Origin: Smithella sp.
GTDB lineage: Bacteria > Desulfobacterota > Syntrophia > Syntrophales > Smithellaceae
Direction of reading: 5' to 3'
DNA: 64,000 bases
Assembly (NCBI GenBank): GCA_018056685.1
Contig: JAGPFC010000010.1
Location: 5,213-69,212 of the forward strand
The stretch's first letter is position 1. Every line of letters starts with the position of its first letter. Positions 1-9,769 of the stretch are shown here, piece by piece. Position numbers and translations under genes: made by a program. The notes below the pieces were generated by a model. That model saw only the letters and a list, made by a program, of their open reading frames with translations. It was not told the DNA's origin and ran no database searches.

Positions 1-73
1 AAAACTATTGGTGGTCATTTATTCCTATCTAGATAATTAAAAGAACACCGATATAAAGCAAGGAGGATGTTTT

Positions 74-1285
74 ATGGATTTAAGAGATGCGTATTTTGTA
101 GATGGAGTGCGTACATGGTTCGGAAAGTCCAGGCAGGACGGCCATTACTGGACCACACGCGCGGATGATTTGGTGACGAAGGTCATAAAAGAACTCGTTA
201 GAAGAAACCCGAACGTTCCGTGGGACGAGGTTGACGACAACATTTGGGGCGCAACGACGCAGGTCGGAGATCAGGGCACCACAATGGGCAGAGTGACGGT
301 ACTCACTGCAGGTCTGTCGGAAAAAGTTGCCGGATTTTCGGTGGACAGAATGTGCGCGGGCGGTATGACCTGCCAGGCCATCGGTTCATCGTTCATCAAG
401 ACAGGTTGTGCCGACATCATCATTGCCGGTGGTGTGGAGCACATGGCTCACCATCCTATGGGCGCCGGCGCCGACCCGAACCCGCGGGTCGTCACCGAGA
501 AGATGGTGGAGGTCAAGTATTTCAACATGGGCAACACGGCCGAAAAACTCCATGACTGGATGCCGGAGAACGGCGAACAGCCGGTGACGAAAGAAGAAGC
601 GGACGAATACTCCTTCTATTGTCTGGAAAAATATTTCAAGGCGTTGGATGAGGGCTATTACCATAAGCACTGCGTTGACATGACGGTTTTCACCCCCAAT
701 GGATGGAAAGTTGCCAATTATGATGAACAGGCCAAACGCGGCACAACACTGGAGAGTATTAAAAATCTCCGCAGATTCCCCTTCAAGGCGGAAGGTCGTG
801 TTACCCCGGCCAATGCTTCGGGATTGAATGACGGCGCGTGCGTGTCGCTACTCATGTCGGGCAAGAAATGCAAAGAACTGGGCATCAAACCCAAGATGAA
901 ATTTGTCGGCGCCGGCTTCGTCGGTGTGGATCCATCCATCATGGGATGGGGTCCTGTTCCTGCCACGGAAAAAGTTCTCAAGAACTTCAAGCTGAAATTT
1001 AAAGATCTCGACATCATCGAGCTGAACGAGGCTTTCGCTGTGCAGGCTGTCGGTTTCATGAAGCACTTTGGCATGAAGACTCCGGTTGATCCCAGACTTA
1101 ATCCCTATGGCGGAACCATTGCAATGGGCCATCCGCTGGCCAGCTCCGGTGTTCGCCTGAGCATGCAGTTGGCTCAGGATTTCGAGCTGAATCCAAAGGC
1201 GAAGTACGGACTGACCACGATGTGTATCGGTCTCGGTATGGGTGGTTCTATCATTTGGGAAAACGTCGTAGGGAAAACATTATAG
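74..1285 (+). CDS. Thiolase-family acyl-CoA acetyl/acyltransferase
   Basis: 403-aa ORF with AAGGAGG shortly upstream of the ATG. Thiolase-type motifs: VDRMCAGG (nucleophile Cys region), NEAFA, GGTIAMGHPLASSG, CIGLGMG near the C-terminus. Confidence 0.85.
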   Translation: MDLRDAYFVDGVRTWFGKSRQDGHYWTTRADDLVTKVIKELVRRNPNVPWDEVDDNIWGATTQVGDQGTTMGRVTVLTAGLSEKVAGFSVDRMCAGGMTCQAIGSSFIKTGCADIIIAGGVEHMAHHPMGAGADPNPRVVTEKMVEVKYFNMGNTAEKLHDWMPENGEQPVTKEEADEYSFYCLEKYFKALDEGYYHKHCVDMTVFTPNGWKVANYDEQAKRGTTLESIKNLRRFPFKAEGRVTPANASGLNDGACVSLLMSGKKCKELGIKPKMKFVGAGFVGVDPSIMGWGPVPATEKVLKNFKLKFKDLDIIELNEAFAVQAVGFMKHFGMKTPVDPRLNPYGGTIAMGHPLASSGVRLSMQLAQDFELNPKAKYGLTTMCIGLGMGGSIIWENVVGKTL

Positions 1286-1297
1286 GAGGTTAAAGCT

Positions 1298-3379
1298 ATG
1301 GCTAAATATATAACAGAATGTAAACTCAATTTTTTCCAGTCCAAGAAGGCTGGAAAAATAGCGATTGTTACAATGGACAACGGGCAACTCTACAATATTC
1401 CCAACACCTGGGGTTTTGAGGCTTTGGAATCACTCAACAAGGTCATCGATATTGTAGAGAAGGACAAGGATGTCAAGGGCTGGATTCTAACCGGGAAGCC
1501 TTACATCTTCAACGTGGGCGCGGATATCATGAGCGTTGACCCGACGATTAAACGGGATGAGGCTGTCAAAATCGGTGCAACCGGCCACGCGACATTCAAG
1601 CGGATTATGGGTCTCAAGATCCCGACGCTGGCCGCCATCAACGGCGCGGCCATGGGCGGCGGTGTCGAAGTAGGTCTTTATCATAACTACCGCACCATCT
1701 CCAAGAGCCCCGGCGGATGTGATCATTACGCGCTGCCCGAGTGCTTCCTCGGTCTTGTGCCGGGGTGGGGCGGAACACAGCTCGTAACCAAACTGTGCGG
1801 ACCGGAAGCGGCCATTGAGCTCATTATAAACAACCCGCTCAATATGAACAAAATGATTAATTCCATAAAGGCCTTTGAGATGGGCCTGGCGGACAGACTC
1901 ATTGCTCCGGCCGAGTTCATGGATGATTCCTTAGCTTTACTGGAACGCATCATCACCGGCGAAGAGAAGATAGAGCGCAAAAAAGTTGATCCGAAGATGA
2001 GCGATGAGCTCTACAAGAAGACCAAAGAAGCCATCACTGGCAAGGTTCATTCAGGAGCCATTGCACCCTACCAGGCGCTTGAACTTATCAAGGGCGCAGC
2101 GGGATGGTCCCTTGATGAAGGATTCCAGAAAGAGGACGAAACGCTGGCCGACATGATTACATCCGAACAGTTCAAATGCGGCCTGTACTCATTTGATTTG
2201 ACCCAGCGCCGCGCCAAGAAGCTTCCCGGCAGACCGCCGAAAGAAGTCAAGGGCAACAAGATTAACAAGATTGGCGTTATCGGCGCCGGCTTAATGGCCT
2301 CCCAGATGGCTTTGTTGTTCGCACAGCGCTATCAGTGTCCGGTTGTCATGAAAGATATCAAACAGGAATTTATTGATAAAGGTCTGGCCTACTGCAGAGA
2401 GCAGCTGGCCAAGACAGCCAAGAAAGGCAAACTGTCCGCAGCGGATGCCAAGTGGATCGGCGAGGATCTTATTTCCGGCAGCTTGACATATGAACCGTTC
2501 AAGGACTGCGACTTTGTCATTGAAGCTGTTTTCGAAGAAATGGGCATCAAACAGAAAATTTTCGGTGAGCTGGAAGCAGTATGCAAGCCGGAGTGCCTGT
2601 TTTTGACCAACACATCCTCTCTGGATGTTGCCGAGATGGGTAAGAATCTGAAAGATCCTTCCCGCGTTGTTGGTTTCCATTTCTTTAATCCTATCGCCGT
2701 ACTACCGCTTGTCGAAATCATCAAAACCGACAAGACCAGCGATGTCGTTCTGGCGACCGCATTTGACATTGCCAAGAAGATCAAGAAGACTCCGGTTCTG
2801 GTGAAGAATGCGCCTGCATTCCTGGTCAACAGAATTCTGCTGGCCTGGATGGATGGTATCTTCCAGTGCATCGATGAAGGCGCTGATTTCATGCAGGTGG
2901 ACAACGCTGTTTTCGATCTGGGATTCCCCATGTCACCGTTCACACTGGCCGCGCTGGTGGGTCCGGCCATTGCGCTGCACGTTCAGGAAACCCTCAATAA
3001 GTACTTCCCCGATCGGTTCCCGGTCAATGTTGGCCTCAAGAACCTGGTGGCGAAGGGCAAGAAACAGATGGTTACCTTTACGGACAAGGGCATCGATGTC
3101 GATCCCGAGATCAAAGCCGGTTGGCCGCAGGGTAACAAGAAATTCACCGACGATGAAATCAAGACCCGTGTATTGGAGCGTGTAGCCAAAGAAGTCGACT
3201 TGATTCTTGCGGAAGGTGTTGTGGCAGACCCCAAAGATGTGGATACCGGTGTCATTATGGGAGCCGGCTGGCCGTTCTTCATGGGCGGTATTACCCCGTA
3301 CCTGGATCAGAAAGGAATATCGAAAAAGGTTACAGGAAAGGATTTCCATCCGAAAGGGTTCTTAACCGTAGAGAAATAG
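1298..3379 (+). CDS. Fused enoyl-CoA hydratase / 3-hydroxyacyl-CoA dehydrogenase (FadB/FadJ-like)
   Basis: 693-aa ORF starting 13 nt after the thiolase. N-terminal crotonase motif AAINGAAMGGGVEVGL, central Rossmann motif GVIGAGLMASQMA, and HFFNP motif of 3-hydroxyacyl-CoA dehydrogenases. Confidence 0.85.
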   Translation: MAKYITECKLNFFQSKKAGKIAIVTMDNGQLYNIPNTWGFEALESLNKVIDIVEKDKDVKGWILTGKPYIFNVGADIMSVDPTIKRDEAVKIGATGHATFKRIMGLKIPTLAAINGAAMGGGVEVGLYHNYRTISKSPGGCDHYALPECFLGLVPGWGGTQLVTKLCGPEAAIELIINNPLNMNKMINSIKAFEMGLADRLIAPAEFMDDSLALLERIITGEEKIERKKVDPKMSDELYKKTKEAITGKVHSGAIAPYQALELIKGAAGWSLDEGFQKEDETLADMITSEQFKCGLYSFDLTQRRAKKLPGRPPKEVKGNKINKIGVIGAGLMASQMALLFAQRYQCPVVMKDIKQEFIDKGLAYCREQLAKTAKKGKLSAADAKWIGEDLISGSLTYEPFKDCDFVIEAVFEEMGIKQKIFGELEAVCKPECLFLTNTSSLDVAEMGKNLKDPSRVVGFHFFNPIAVLPLVEIIKTDKTSDVVLATAFDIAKKIKKTPVLVKNAPAFLVNRILLAWMDGIFQCIDEGADFMQVDNAVFDLGFPMSPFTLAALVGPAIALHVQETLNKYFPDRFPVNVGLKNLVAKGKKQMVTFTDKGIDVDPEIKAGWPQGNKKFTDDEIKTRVLERVAKEVDLILAEGVVADPKDVDTGVIMGAGWPFFMGGITPYLDQKGISKKVTGKDFHPKGFLTVEK

Positions 3380-3405
3380 TAACACTCTAATCAAGTAATG
3401 AAATT

Positions 3406-3437
3406 GCCGGGCGACTTTCGGGTTGCCCGGCTTTTTT
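3406..3437 (+). terminator. Rho-independent terminator of the beta-oxidation operon
   Basis: GCCGGGC (3406-3412) pairs with GCCCGGC (3425-3431) and is followed by TTTTTT (3432-3437). It lies 27 nt after the stop codon. Confidence 0.8.
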
Positions 3438-3451
3438 GTCCCTGTATTTCA

Positions 3452-3480
3452 TTGACAGATAAGACACTTTTTCCTATACT
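3452..3480 (+). promoter_or_regulatory. Sigma-70-like promoter (TTGACA-N17-TATACT)
   Basis: TTGACA at 3452-3457, 17-nt spacer, TATACT at 3475-3480. About 130 nt upstream of the ATG at 3612. Confidence 0.5.
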
Positions 3481-3611
3481 TTTTTCCAAAATCAGCACAA
3501 ATCGCAAAACCACAGGTGTTGAATTGATCAATCTGGATGACCATGGGAGCAGGATCATAGCATCTTTTATCCTCTCTCGATTTTCATGAATTTATTTCAT
3601 AAGCAGGAAAC

Positions 3612-5771
3612 ATGGAAGATAAACAGCTTCGCTTACTCATGATAGAAGATTCGGCAGACGATGCCTTTCTGATTATCCGTGCTCTTAAAAAAGGCGGATA
3701 CCATCCTGTTTATGAAAGGGTAGAAACTGCCTCAGACATAGAAAAAGCGCTCCGGGAAAAACAATGGGACATTATTCTGTGCGATTATAATCTGCCGGAG
3801 CTCAATGCCCCGACTGCGATTGCTCTTTTCAAGCAGGCTAATATCGACATTCCCCTGCTGGTTGTAACCGGCGCTGTGGGCGAAGAAACCGCGACGGAAT
3901 GTATGCGTCTGGGGGCGAAAGATTATATCATGAAAACCAATCTTTCGCGTTTATGTCCCGCGATAGCCAGAGAACTGGAAGACGCAGAAAACAGAGAAAA
4001 ACAAAGGAAAGTGGAAGAGCAACTGCAAACCAGAGAAGCGCAATTCGAATCCATTGTGACAACGAGTCAGGAATGGATCTGGGCGATCGATATTCACGGT
4101 GTGCATACATTCAGCAATGCCGCAATTGAAAAGATACTGGGATACACCGCTGAGGAAATCGTTAAACTGGGTGCGGCCAGAGATATGGTCTTCGAAGAAG
4201 ATATTCCGCTGCTCACCGGAACACTGGTTCAAGCTATTGAACAGAAGAAAGGCTGGTCAAACCTCGTTTTACGCTGGAAACACAGGGATGGAACATTACG
4301 TTATCTGGAAAGTAATGCTATGCCGATTTTTGATCATACAGGCAATGTGCAAGGCTTTCATGGATCAGACCGTGACATTACGGAGCGCAAAAAAACAGAA
4401 GAAATGTTACGGGAGAGTGAAGCCAATTACCGGCAGCTTTTTGAAAACTCCCCTGCCGGCATCTATCAGATTAATTTTAAAAGCGGAAAATTTATCAAAG
4501 CAAATGATGTTTTTTGCGAATATGCCGGCTGTACCCAGGAAGAAATAACCTCTTTGAGTCCTTTTGACATTTTGACGGAGGAAAGTCAGAAACTTTTTTT
4601 AGCGCGTCTGGAAAAAATATCTCAAGGCTTGAAAGTTCCGGAAATCGTTGAATTTGAAATATTAAGTAAAAAAGGCAAGCGATCCATTGTGCAATTGAAC
4701 ATTAAGAATATTTATGATGAAGCAGGTCGCATCGTTGCCGCCGATGTTGTCGCGCATGACATCACCGATCGCAAAAAGGCGGAAGAGAGGGTTCATCAAA
4801 GCGAGGAAAAATATCGAAACATTCTTGAGCATATGCAGGAGGCCTATTACGAAGTCGATCTGGCCGGTAACCTGATCTTCTGCAACGATCCCTTATGCCG
4901 GATAACAGGATGTTCCAAAGATGAATTATTAGGTGTGAATTATCGTGTGTTCACTGAGACGGAAAATTCAAAAAAAGTCTTTAAATTATTTAACAAAGTT
5001 TACAGGACAGGTGAACCCGAAGACAGTTTTGACTGGCAGGTCATCAGGAAAGATAACACCATGAAATACGTTGAAGCCTCGGTGTCCCTGATGACAGATG
5101 CAACGGGGGAAAAAACCGGATTTCGAGGGCTCTTGCGAGACATCACAGATCGCAAACTGGCAGAGGAAAAACTGCAACATACCCTTGACAGTCTGAAGAA
5201 AGCAGTGGGTACAACGATTCAAGTCTTGGTTTCTGTTTTGGAGACCAGAGATCCTTACACGGCTGGTCACCAGACACAAGTGGCGAATCTGGCCTGTTTG
5301 ATTGCCACGGAAATGGGACTGGATCAGGAAAGGATTGAAGGGATGCGCATGGCCGGTGTCATTCACGACATCGGCAAACTGGGGATTCCTACCGAAATAT
5401 TAGCCAAACCCAGTAAGCTGACAGACATTGAGTTTTCTTTGATTAAGCAGCACCCCCAGAGCGGATATGAGATGTTGAAGTATGTGGAATCCCCATGGCC
5501 CCTGGCACAAATTGTTTATCAGCACCACGAAAGAATGAACGGAACCGGCTATCCCAGAAACCTGAAGGGTGATGAAATTCTTCTGGAAGCCCGAATCATG
5601 GCGGTTGCCGATGTTGTGGACGCCATGGCGTCTCACCGGCCTTATCGCGCGTCATTAGGGATCGAAGAGGCTCTCCAGGAAATAGAGAAAAATAAGGGCA
5701 TTCTTTATGATGAAACTGTCGTCAATGCCTGTTTGAAATTATTCAGAGAGAAAGACTACAAACTTGCGTAA
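3612..5771 (+). CDS. Response regulator receiver / PAS x3 / HD-GYP domain protein (putative c-di-GMP phosphodiesterase)
   Basis: 719-aa ORF. N-terminal receiver (LLMIEDSADD ... ILCDYNLPELNA), three PAS-like blocks each ending in DITERK/DITDRK, and C-terminal HD-GYP signatures HDIGK and HHERMNGTGYP. Confidence 0.85.
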   Translation: MEDKQLRLLMIEDSADDAFLIIRALKKGGYHPVYERVETASDIEKALREKQWDIILCDYNLPELNAPTAIALFKQANIDIPLLVVTGAVGEETATECMRLGAKDYIMKTNLSRLCPAIARELEDAENREKQRKVEEQLQTREAQFESIVTTSQEWIWAIDIHGVHTFSNAAIEKILGYTAEEIVKLGAARDMVFEEDIPLLTGTLVQAIEQKKGWSNLVLRWKHRDGTLRYLESNAMPIFDHTGNVQGFHGSDRDITERKKTEEMLRESEANYRQLFENSPAGIYQINFKSGKFIKANDVFCEYAGCTQEEITSLSPFDILTEESQKLFLARLEKISQGLKVPEIVEFEILSKKGKRSIVQLNIKNIYDEAGRIVAADVVAHDITDRKKAEERVHQSEEKYRNILEHMQEAYYEVDLAGNLIFCNDPLCRITGCSKDELLGVNYRVFTETENSKKVFKLFNKVYRTGEPEDSFDWQVIRKDNTMKYVEASVSLMTDATGEKTGFRGLLRDITDRKLAEEKLQHTLDSLKKAVGTTIQVLVSVLETRDPYTAGHQTQVANLACLIATEMGLDQERIEGMRMAGVIHDIGKLGIPTEILAKPSKLTDIEFSLIKQHPQSGYEMLKYVESPWPLAQIVYQHHERMNGTGYPRNLKGDEILLEARIMAVADVVDAMASHRPYRASLGIEEALQEIEKNKGILYDETVVNACLKLFREKDYKLA

Positions 5772-5826
5772 ATTCGCGAACGCCGGCATTCAGACAACAT
5801 GCGCAGAGTCTCCTGCTGAAATAGCA

Positions 5827-5853
5827 TTGACATCAAAATTGAATTTCTATAGA
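5827..5853 (+). promoter_or_regulatory. Possible sigma-70-like promoter (TTGACA-N15-TATAGA)
   Basis: TTGACA at 5827-5832 and TATAGA at 5848-5853. The 15-nt spacer is short, so this is weak. Confidence 0.3.
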
Positions 5854-5909
5854 GTTTTCTGCAAGTTCGCAATGTCTTGTCTAAAAACCTTTCTTTTGAT
5901 GGAGGCTTT

Positions 5910-6383
5910 ATGTCCGACCAACGGGATTATCGAAGATTAAGCGCTATTCCCATTTTTAGAGATCTTGATAAAAATGAGCTGGATGTCGTCTTCAATCATG
6001 TGTTTGAGCAAAATGTTAAGAAAGACAATGTCTTGTTTGTGGAAGGCATGCCGGGGGAATCTCTTTATATCATTATGTCGGGAGGTATCGAGATAACCAA
6101 AGAGACAAAAAACAAAGAAAAAATATTACTGGCTTTAATGGGCCCCGGTGACATGGTCGGGGAGATGTCCCTGATAGATGCAGAACCGCGCAGTGCCACG
6201 GCAGTCACGACTGAGGACTCGGTTCTGCTGGTCATCACCAAACGAAGCTTCAACGAGATATTGCGTTCGGATTCGCAGATAGCGGCAAAAATACTCATGG
6301 GCCTGCTCAAAGTCATCAGCCGGCGTTTAAGGATCATAGACAATAAAATTGAAGAGATCAGAAAAATCGTCAAGAAACAATGA
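5910..6383 (+). CDS. Stand-alone cyclic-nucleotide-binding domain protein (no DNA-binding domain)
   Basis: cNMP-binding signature GDMVGEMSLIDAEPRSATAV. GGAGG (5901-5905) lies 4 nt before the ATG at 5910; the track's TTG at 5877 is an alternative start. The protein ends about 40 aa after the beta-roll, leaving no room for a CRP-type HTH. Confidence 0.8.
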   Translation: MSDQRDYRRLSAIPIFRDLDKNELDVVFNHVFEQNVKKDNVLFVEGMPGESLYIIMSGGIEITKETKNKEKILLALMGPGDMVGEMSLIDAEPRSATAVTTEDSVLLVITKRSFNEILRSDSQIAAKILMGLLKVISRRLRIIDNKIEEIRKIVKKQ

Positions 6384-7324
6384 AGTTTTTTTATAAAAAG
6401 AGAAAAAGCAGGGAATCCAGTAAAGCTAAATTACTGGACACCTCTAAAAAGCTGAAGAAAGTGGAGGAAACGCTCTTCATTGTTCAGAAAGCTGCTGAAA
6501 GCTCACCCGACGCGATAGTCTTGACTGATCCTCAGGGAAATCATTTTTATCATAACAGAGCTTTTACTCAACTGGTCGGATATACCACAGAAGATCTTCG
6601 CGCCCTGGGAGGCGGACTTAGCATTTATGCGAATCGGGAAACTGCCCGGGATGTATTCGATGCCGTCATAGGAACAGGTTCCTGGACAGGAGAAATAGCG
6701 CTAACATCCAAGAACGGCAAACGATCCATTGCTCTGCTTCGTGCAGACGCTATAAAGGACGATAACGGTAAAATTCTGGGCTGTATTGGATTATATACAG
6801 ACATCACTGAACGCAAACGCAAAGAGGGGAAACTAAAATTACGAATTCTGGAGTGGCTGTCGGAAAAAGTTCCTGAATTTGGTGCTCTGCCGGAATGTGA
6901 TAAAGAAGCTATTCAGGATTTCTTGATGTTGTGGAGTTTCTTTAAAGGCACCAAACTGAATAATGACGGCAGTGTAAACGCCATTAAAAAATATGTTGAA
7001 TCCATCAGATGTGACGGATCCCTTTATCAATTTAATATTGCCAGCTACATCCGCTATCTGCGCATTAAATACTATGCCGACGGCAAATTTACCGAGTTCT
7101 ACAGTGGTCTGGAAATGGAACAAAGTAACGCGGGTATGGAATATGTGGAAAATATGCTGAAGGGAAACAGCATGAACCAGGAAGACGAGTTAATTGCCTG
7201 TCTGGTGATTATTCATCGTCTTCGGGAAAATCTGTTTTATGGAAATCACTGGCGGCATCAGCTCCAAGGTCAGTATGATAATTTTACAAGAGCCAACAAG
7301 CTGTTGATGGAATTAATCGGATAA
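6380..7324 (+). CDS. PAS-domain protein with an unassigned C-terminal ~160-aa domain (HEPN-like motif RENLFYGNH)
   Basis: 314-aa ORF whose ATG overlaps the upstream TGA (ATGA at 6380-6383). PAS block SPDAIVLTDPQGN...YTDITERK. The C-terminal half has no family I can name. Confidence 0.7.
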   Translation: MKFFYKKRKSRESSKAKLLDTSKKLKKVEETLFIVQKAAESSPDAIVLTDPQGNHFYHNRAFTQLVGYTTEDLRALGGGLSIYANRETARDVFDAVIGTGSWTGEIALTSKNGKRSIALLRADAIKDDNGKILGCIGLYTDITERKRKEGKLKLRILEWLSEKVPEFGALPECDKEAIQDFLMLWSFFKGTKLNNDGSVNAIKKYVESIRCDGSLYQFNIASYIRYLRIKYYADGKFTEFYSGLEMEQSNAGMEYVENMLKGNSMNQEDELIACLVIIHRLRENLFYGNHWRHQLQGQYDNFTRANKLLMELIG

Positions 7325-7442
7325 ATCAAGTCCTTTCCGATATTCAAGAGTATTCCTGTTGTATGGCTTGAAAATGACAATGCCACCATGTTTTTGTTTT
7401 AAAAAAATATTCGGTATTTCATAATCTTACATAAATATTTCA

Positions 7443-7471
7443 TTGACATAAAAGATTGATTTTTTTATAAT
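7443..7471 (+). promoter_or_regulatory. Perfect sigma-70 consensus promoter (TTGACA-N17-TATAAT)
   Basis: TTGACA at 7443-7448, exactly 17 nt of spacer, TATAAT at 7466-7471, in an AT-rich gap upstream of the ORF at 7568. Confidence 0.6.
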
Positions 7472-7567
7472 TCTTATAATATAAGTTAATGGTTATTTGA
7501 AACTGCGACATGTTGTAATTGATTGGCTGAAGATACACCTTGAGGATCAATTGAGGAGATTGTTTTA

Positions 7568-7852
7568 ATGCCTGCGGCGGATATGCGGCGCGAAAGAATT
7601 GTTGTGGAAACTGATCGCTACCGGGTGGAAGGTGATATTACTTTACCCCTGGAGGGTTATCGCAGCCGGCTTTCCGATTATTTGAATCGTCGTGATCAGG
7701 AATTTCTTATTCTTTTGAACGTGGAATTAAATGCTCTGGACGGATCAGGTAGAGACTGGAGTACTCAGGTGTTGATGCTGGCCAGACAACATATCCGCCT
7801 CGTTGTGCCCTTCGGTAAATCCAGTGACACGATAGAACAGGAAAATAAATAG
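7568..7852 (+). CDS. Small conserved-looking hypothetical protein (94 aa)
   Basis: GAGGAG (7553-7558) lies 9 nt before the ATG, and a consensus promoter lies upstream. The sequence RYRVEGDITLPLEGYRSRLSDYLN...FLILLNV looks like a compact beta-rich domain. No function assignable. Confidence 0.55.
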   Translation: MPAADMRRERIVVETDRYRVEGDITLPLEGYRSRLSDYLNRRDQEFLILLNVELNALDGSGRDWSTQVLMLARQHIRLVVPFGKSSDTIEQENK

Positions 7853-8077
7853 AGGGTCCGTTCCCTTACTTGAAAATTCTTGTTATCATAAAAAATTCTT
7901 TGATATGATTGGTGACAAATCACAAAAAGGTAATTTTTCATATCTTCCAATGAAAGAAATATGTTAATGAATTCAGGCCGTATGAATAATCCAAGTCTGA
8001 ATCTTATTTAAATTCAAAACGGATGTTTGGTGGAAATCTAAACATCCATAAAAAAGAAATTCATAAAGGAGTTTGCA

Positions 8078-8863
8078 ATGCATCTGAAAGATTTGTTTGA
8101 TTTGACAGGGAAGATCGCTGTCGTAACCGGCGGAGGCAGGGGAATTGGAAAATTTATAGCCACAGGTTTGGCGGAAGCCGGTTCAAATATTGTCCTGGCG
8201 TCGCGCAAGCTGGATAATCTGGAAAAAGAAGTTCAAGAGCTCGAAAAACTGGGTGTCAAAGCCTTGGCGGTCAAGTGCGACATGGCCAAAAAGGAAGATA
8301 TCGATAATCTGGTCAAGACCACCATGGATAAATTCGGCACGATTGATATATTGGTCAACAATGCGGGGCTTACCTGGGGCGCGCCGACACTCGATTATCC
8401 GCTGGATAAATGGGAAAAAATATTTGACGTCAATGTCAAAGGTGTTTGGATTCTATCCCAGCAGGTTGCCCGCATCATGAAGGAAAAGGGTGGCGGCAAG
8501 ATGATCAATGTTTCTTCGATCTACGGATCGCGCGGATCCAATGAAGAAGAACATCCGGCAGTAGCTTATAATCCTTCCAAGTTTGCCGTGGAAGGACTCA
8601 CCAAAACGCTGGCGCTCAAATTAGCCCGATACAAAATTTATGTAAACTGTATCGCTCCCGGATTTTTTAAAACGGATATGATGGGTCATTTATTTAAACC
8701 GGAGATGAAACCAATCCTTGATTTGACGGTGGCCGCGATTCCCCTGAAAATGTATGGAGAAGAGGATGATGTGAAAGGCCTGGCAGTATTTCTTGCGTCA
8801 AAAGCATCCAACTATATAACAGGCGGTATTTTTCCCGTGGATGGCGGATTCTCAGCACAGTAA
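8078..8863 (+). CDS. Short-chain dehydrogenase/reductase (SDR)
   Basis: TGGGRGIG cofactor motif, NNAG, and catalytic YNPSK (YxxxK). Confidence 0.85.
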   Translation: MHLKDLFDLTGKIAVVTGGGRGIGKFIATGLAEAGSNIVLASRKLDNLEKEVQELEKLGVKALAVKCDMAKKEDIDNLVKTTMDKFGTIDILVNNAGLTWGAPTLDYPLDKWEKIFDVNVKGVWILSQQVARIMKEKGGGKMINVSSIYGSRGSNEEEHPAVAYNPSKFAVEGLTKTLALKLARYKIYVNCIAPGFFKTDMMGHLFKPEMKPILDLTVAAIPLKMYGEEDDVKGLAVFLASKASNYITGGIFPVDGGFSAQ

Positions 8864-8949
8864 AAAAGTATTATATCCGTCAGGATGACTTTACAGGTTT
8901 CCGGCCTTGTGTTATTAGAAAAAGTCAAATCTTATAGAAGGAGAAATGT

Positions 8950-9699
8950 ATGTCCGGGCATTCCAAATGGAGTACAATCAAAAGAAAGAAAGGCGCCATT
9001 GACGCAAAACGCGGGAAGATATTTACTAAAATTATTAAGGAAATAACTTTGGCGGCAAGACTGGGTGGCGGTGATATTGAGGGCAATGCCCGGCTGAGGC
9101 AGGCGGTTCTGCTGGCCAAGGAAGAAAATATGCCCAAAGACAACATCGAAAGGGCAATTAAAAAAGGCACCGGCGGCGATCAGGGTGCGGCAGCTTATGA
9201 AGAAATAACCTACGAAGGTTACGGACCGGGCGGCGCGGCTGTTCTTGTGGAAATCATGACGGATAACAAAAACAGAACAGTGGCTGAAATCAGACATATC
9301 TTTTCCAAGCACGGCGGCAACTTGGGTGAAAACGGTTGTGTGTCGTGGATGTTCGCGAAGAAGGGAAGCATTGTTATTGATAAAAAAGTAATCGGTGAGG
9401 ATGCCCTGATGGAGTTTGCACTGGAAGCGGGCGCGGAAGATGTGAAAATCGAGGAAAGTGAATACGAGGTGATTACCGATCCGGCTTCCTTTGAAACGGT
9501 AAAAAAGGCACTGGATGAAAAAGGCATCAAGCATCTGGAAGCGCGCATCAGCATGATTCCATCCAATACCGTCAAATTGACTGAAAATAAAGCCGAACAA
9601 ATGCTGAAGATGATGGAAAAACTGGAAGACAACGATGATGTGCAAAACGTTTATTCCAATTTTGATATCGATGAAGATATTATGAAAAAACTGAGTTGA
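8950..9699 (+). CDS. yebC: YebC/PmpR-family transcriptional regulator
   Basis: The N-terminus [27 protein letters not shown] is diagnostic for the family. It shows the classic position upstream of ruvCAB. Confidence 0.9.
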   Translation: MSGHSKWSTIKRKKGAIDAKRGKIFTKIIKEITLAARLGGGDIEGNARLRQAVLLAKEENMPKDNIERAIKKGTGGDQGAAAYEEITYEGYGPGGAAVLVEIMTDNKNRTVAEIRHIFSKHGGNLGENGCVSWMFAKKGSIVIDKKVIGEDALMEFALEAGAEDVKIEESEYEVITDPASFETVKKALDEKGIKHLEARISMIPSNTVKLTENKAEQMLKMMEKLEDNDDVQNVYSNFDIDEDIMKKLS

Positions 9700-9769
9700 T
9701 AAAATCAGCGAACCCGGAAATGTTTTCTTTCCGCTCGTTGAAAAAGATTATATTAGCGGAATAAAAAAA

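Noticed and set aside
2389-2970. 193-aa minus-strand ORF, together with other long antisense ORFs (13714-14322, 36429-37040, 51849-52517, 56673-57320, 62653-63306)
   Set aside because: Each lies antisense to a well-supported protein-coding gene with recognisable motifs. The compositions (Ser/Arg/Ala-rich) are typical of shadow frames.
3398-3589. 63-aa plus-strand ORF between the fad operon and the HD-GYP gene
   Set aside because: It spans the rho-independent terminator (3406-3437) and the promoter-like TTGACA/TATACT (3452-3480). It has no RBS, so the region is more simply intergenic.
8021-8047. Hairpin GGATGTTT-N11-AAACATCC upstream of the SDR gene
   Set aside because: It is not followed by a T-run on the plus strand, and no upstream gene needs a terminator on the minus strand. 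With only 8 AT-rich base pairs it is probably fortuitous.
8932-9645. 237-aa minus-strand ORF
   Set aside because: It lies entirely antisense to the unmistakable yebC gene, has hydrophobic/His-Phe-rich low-information composition and has no RBS. It is a shadow ORF.
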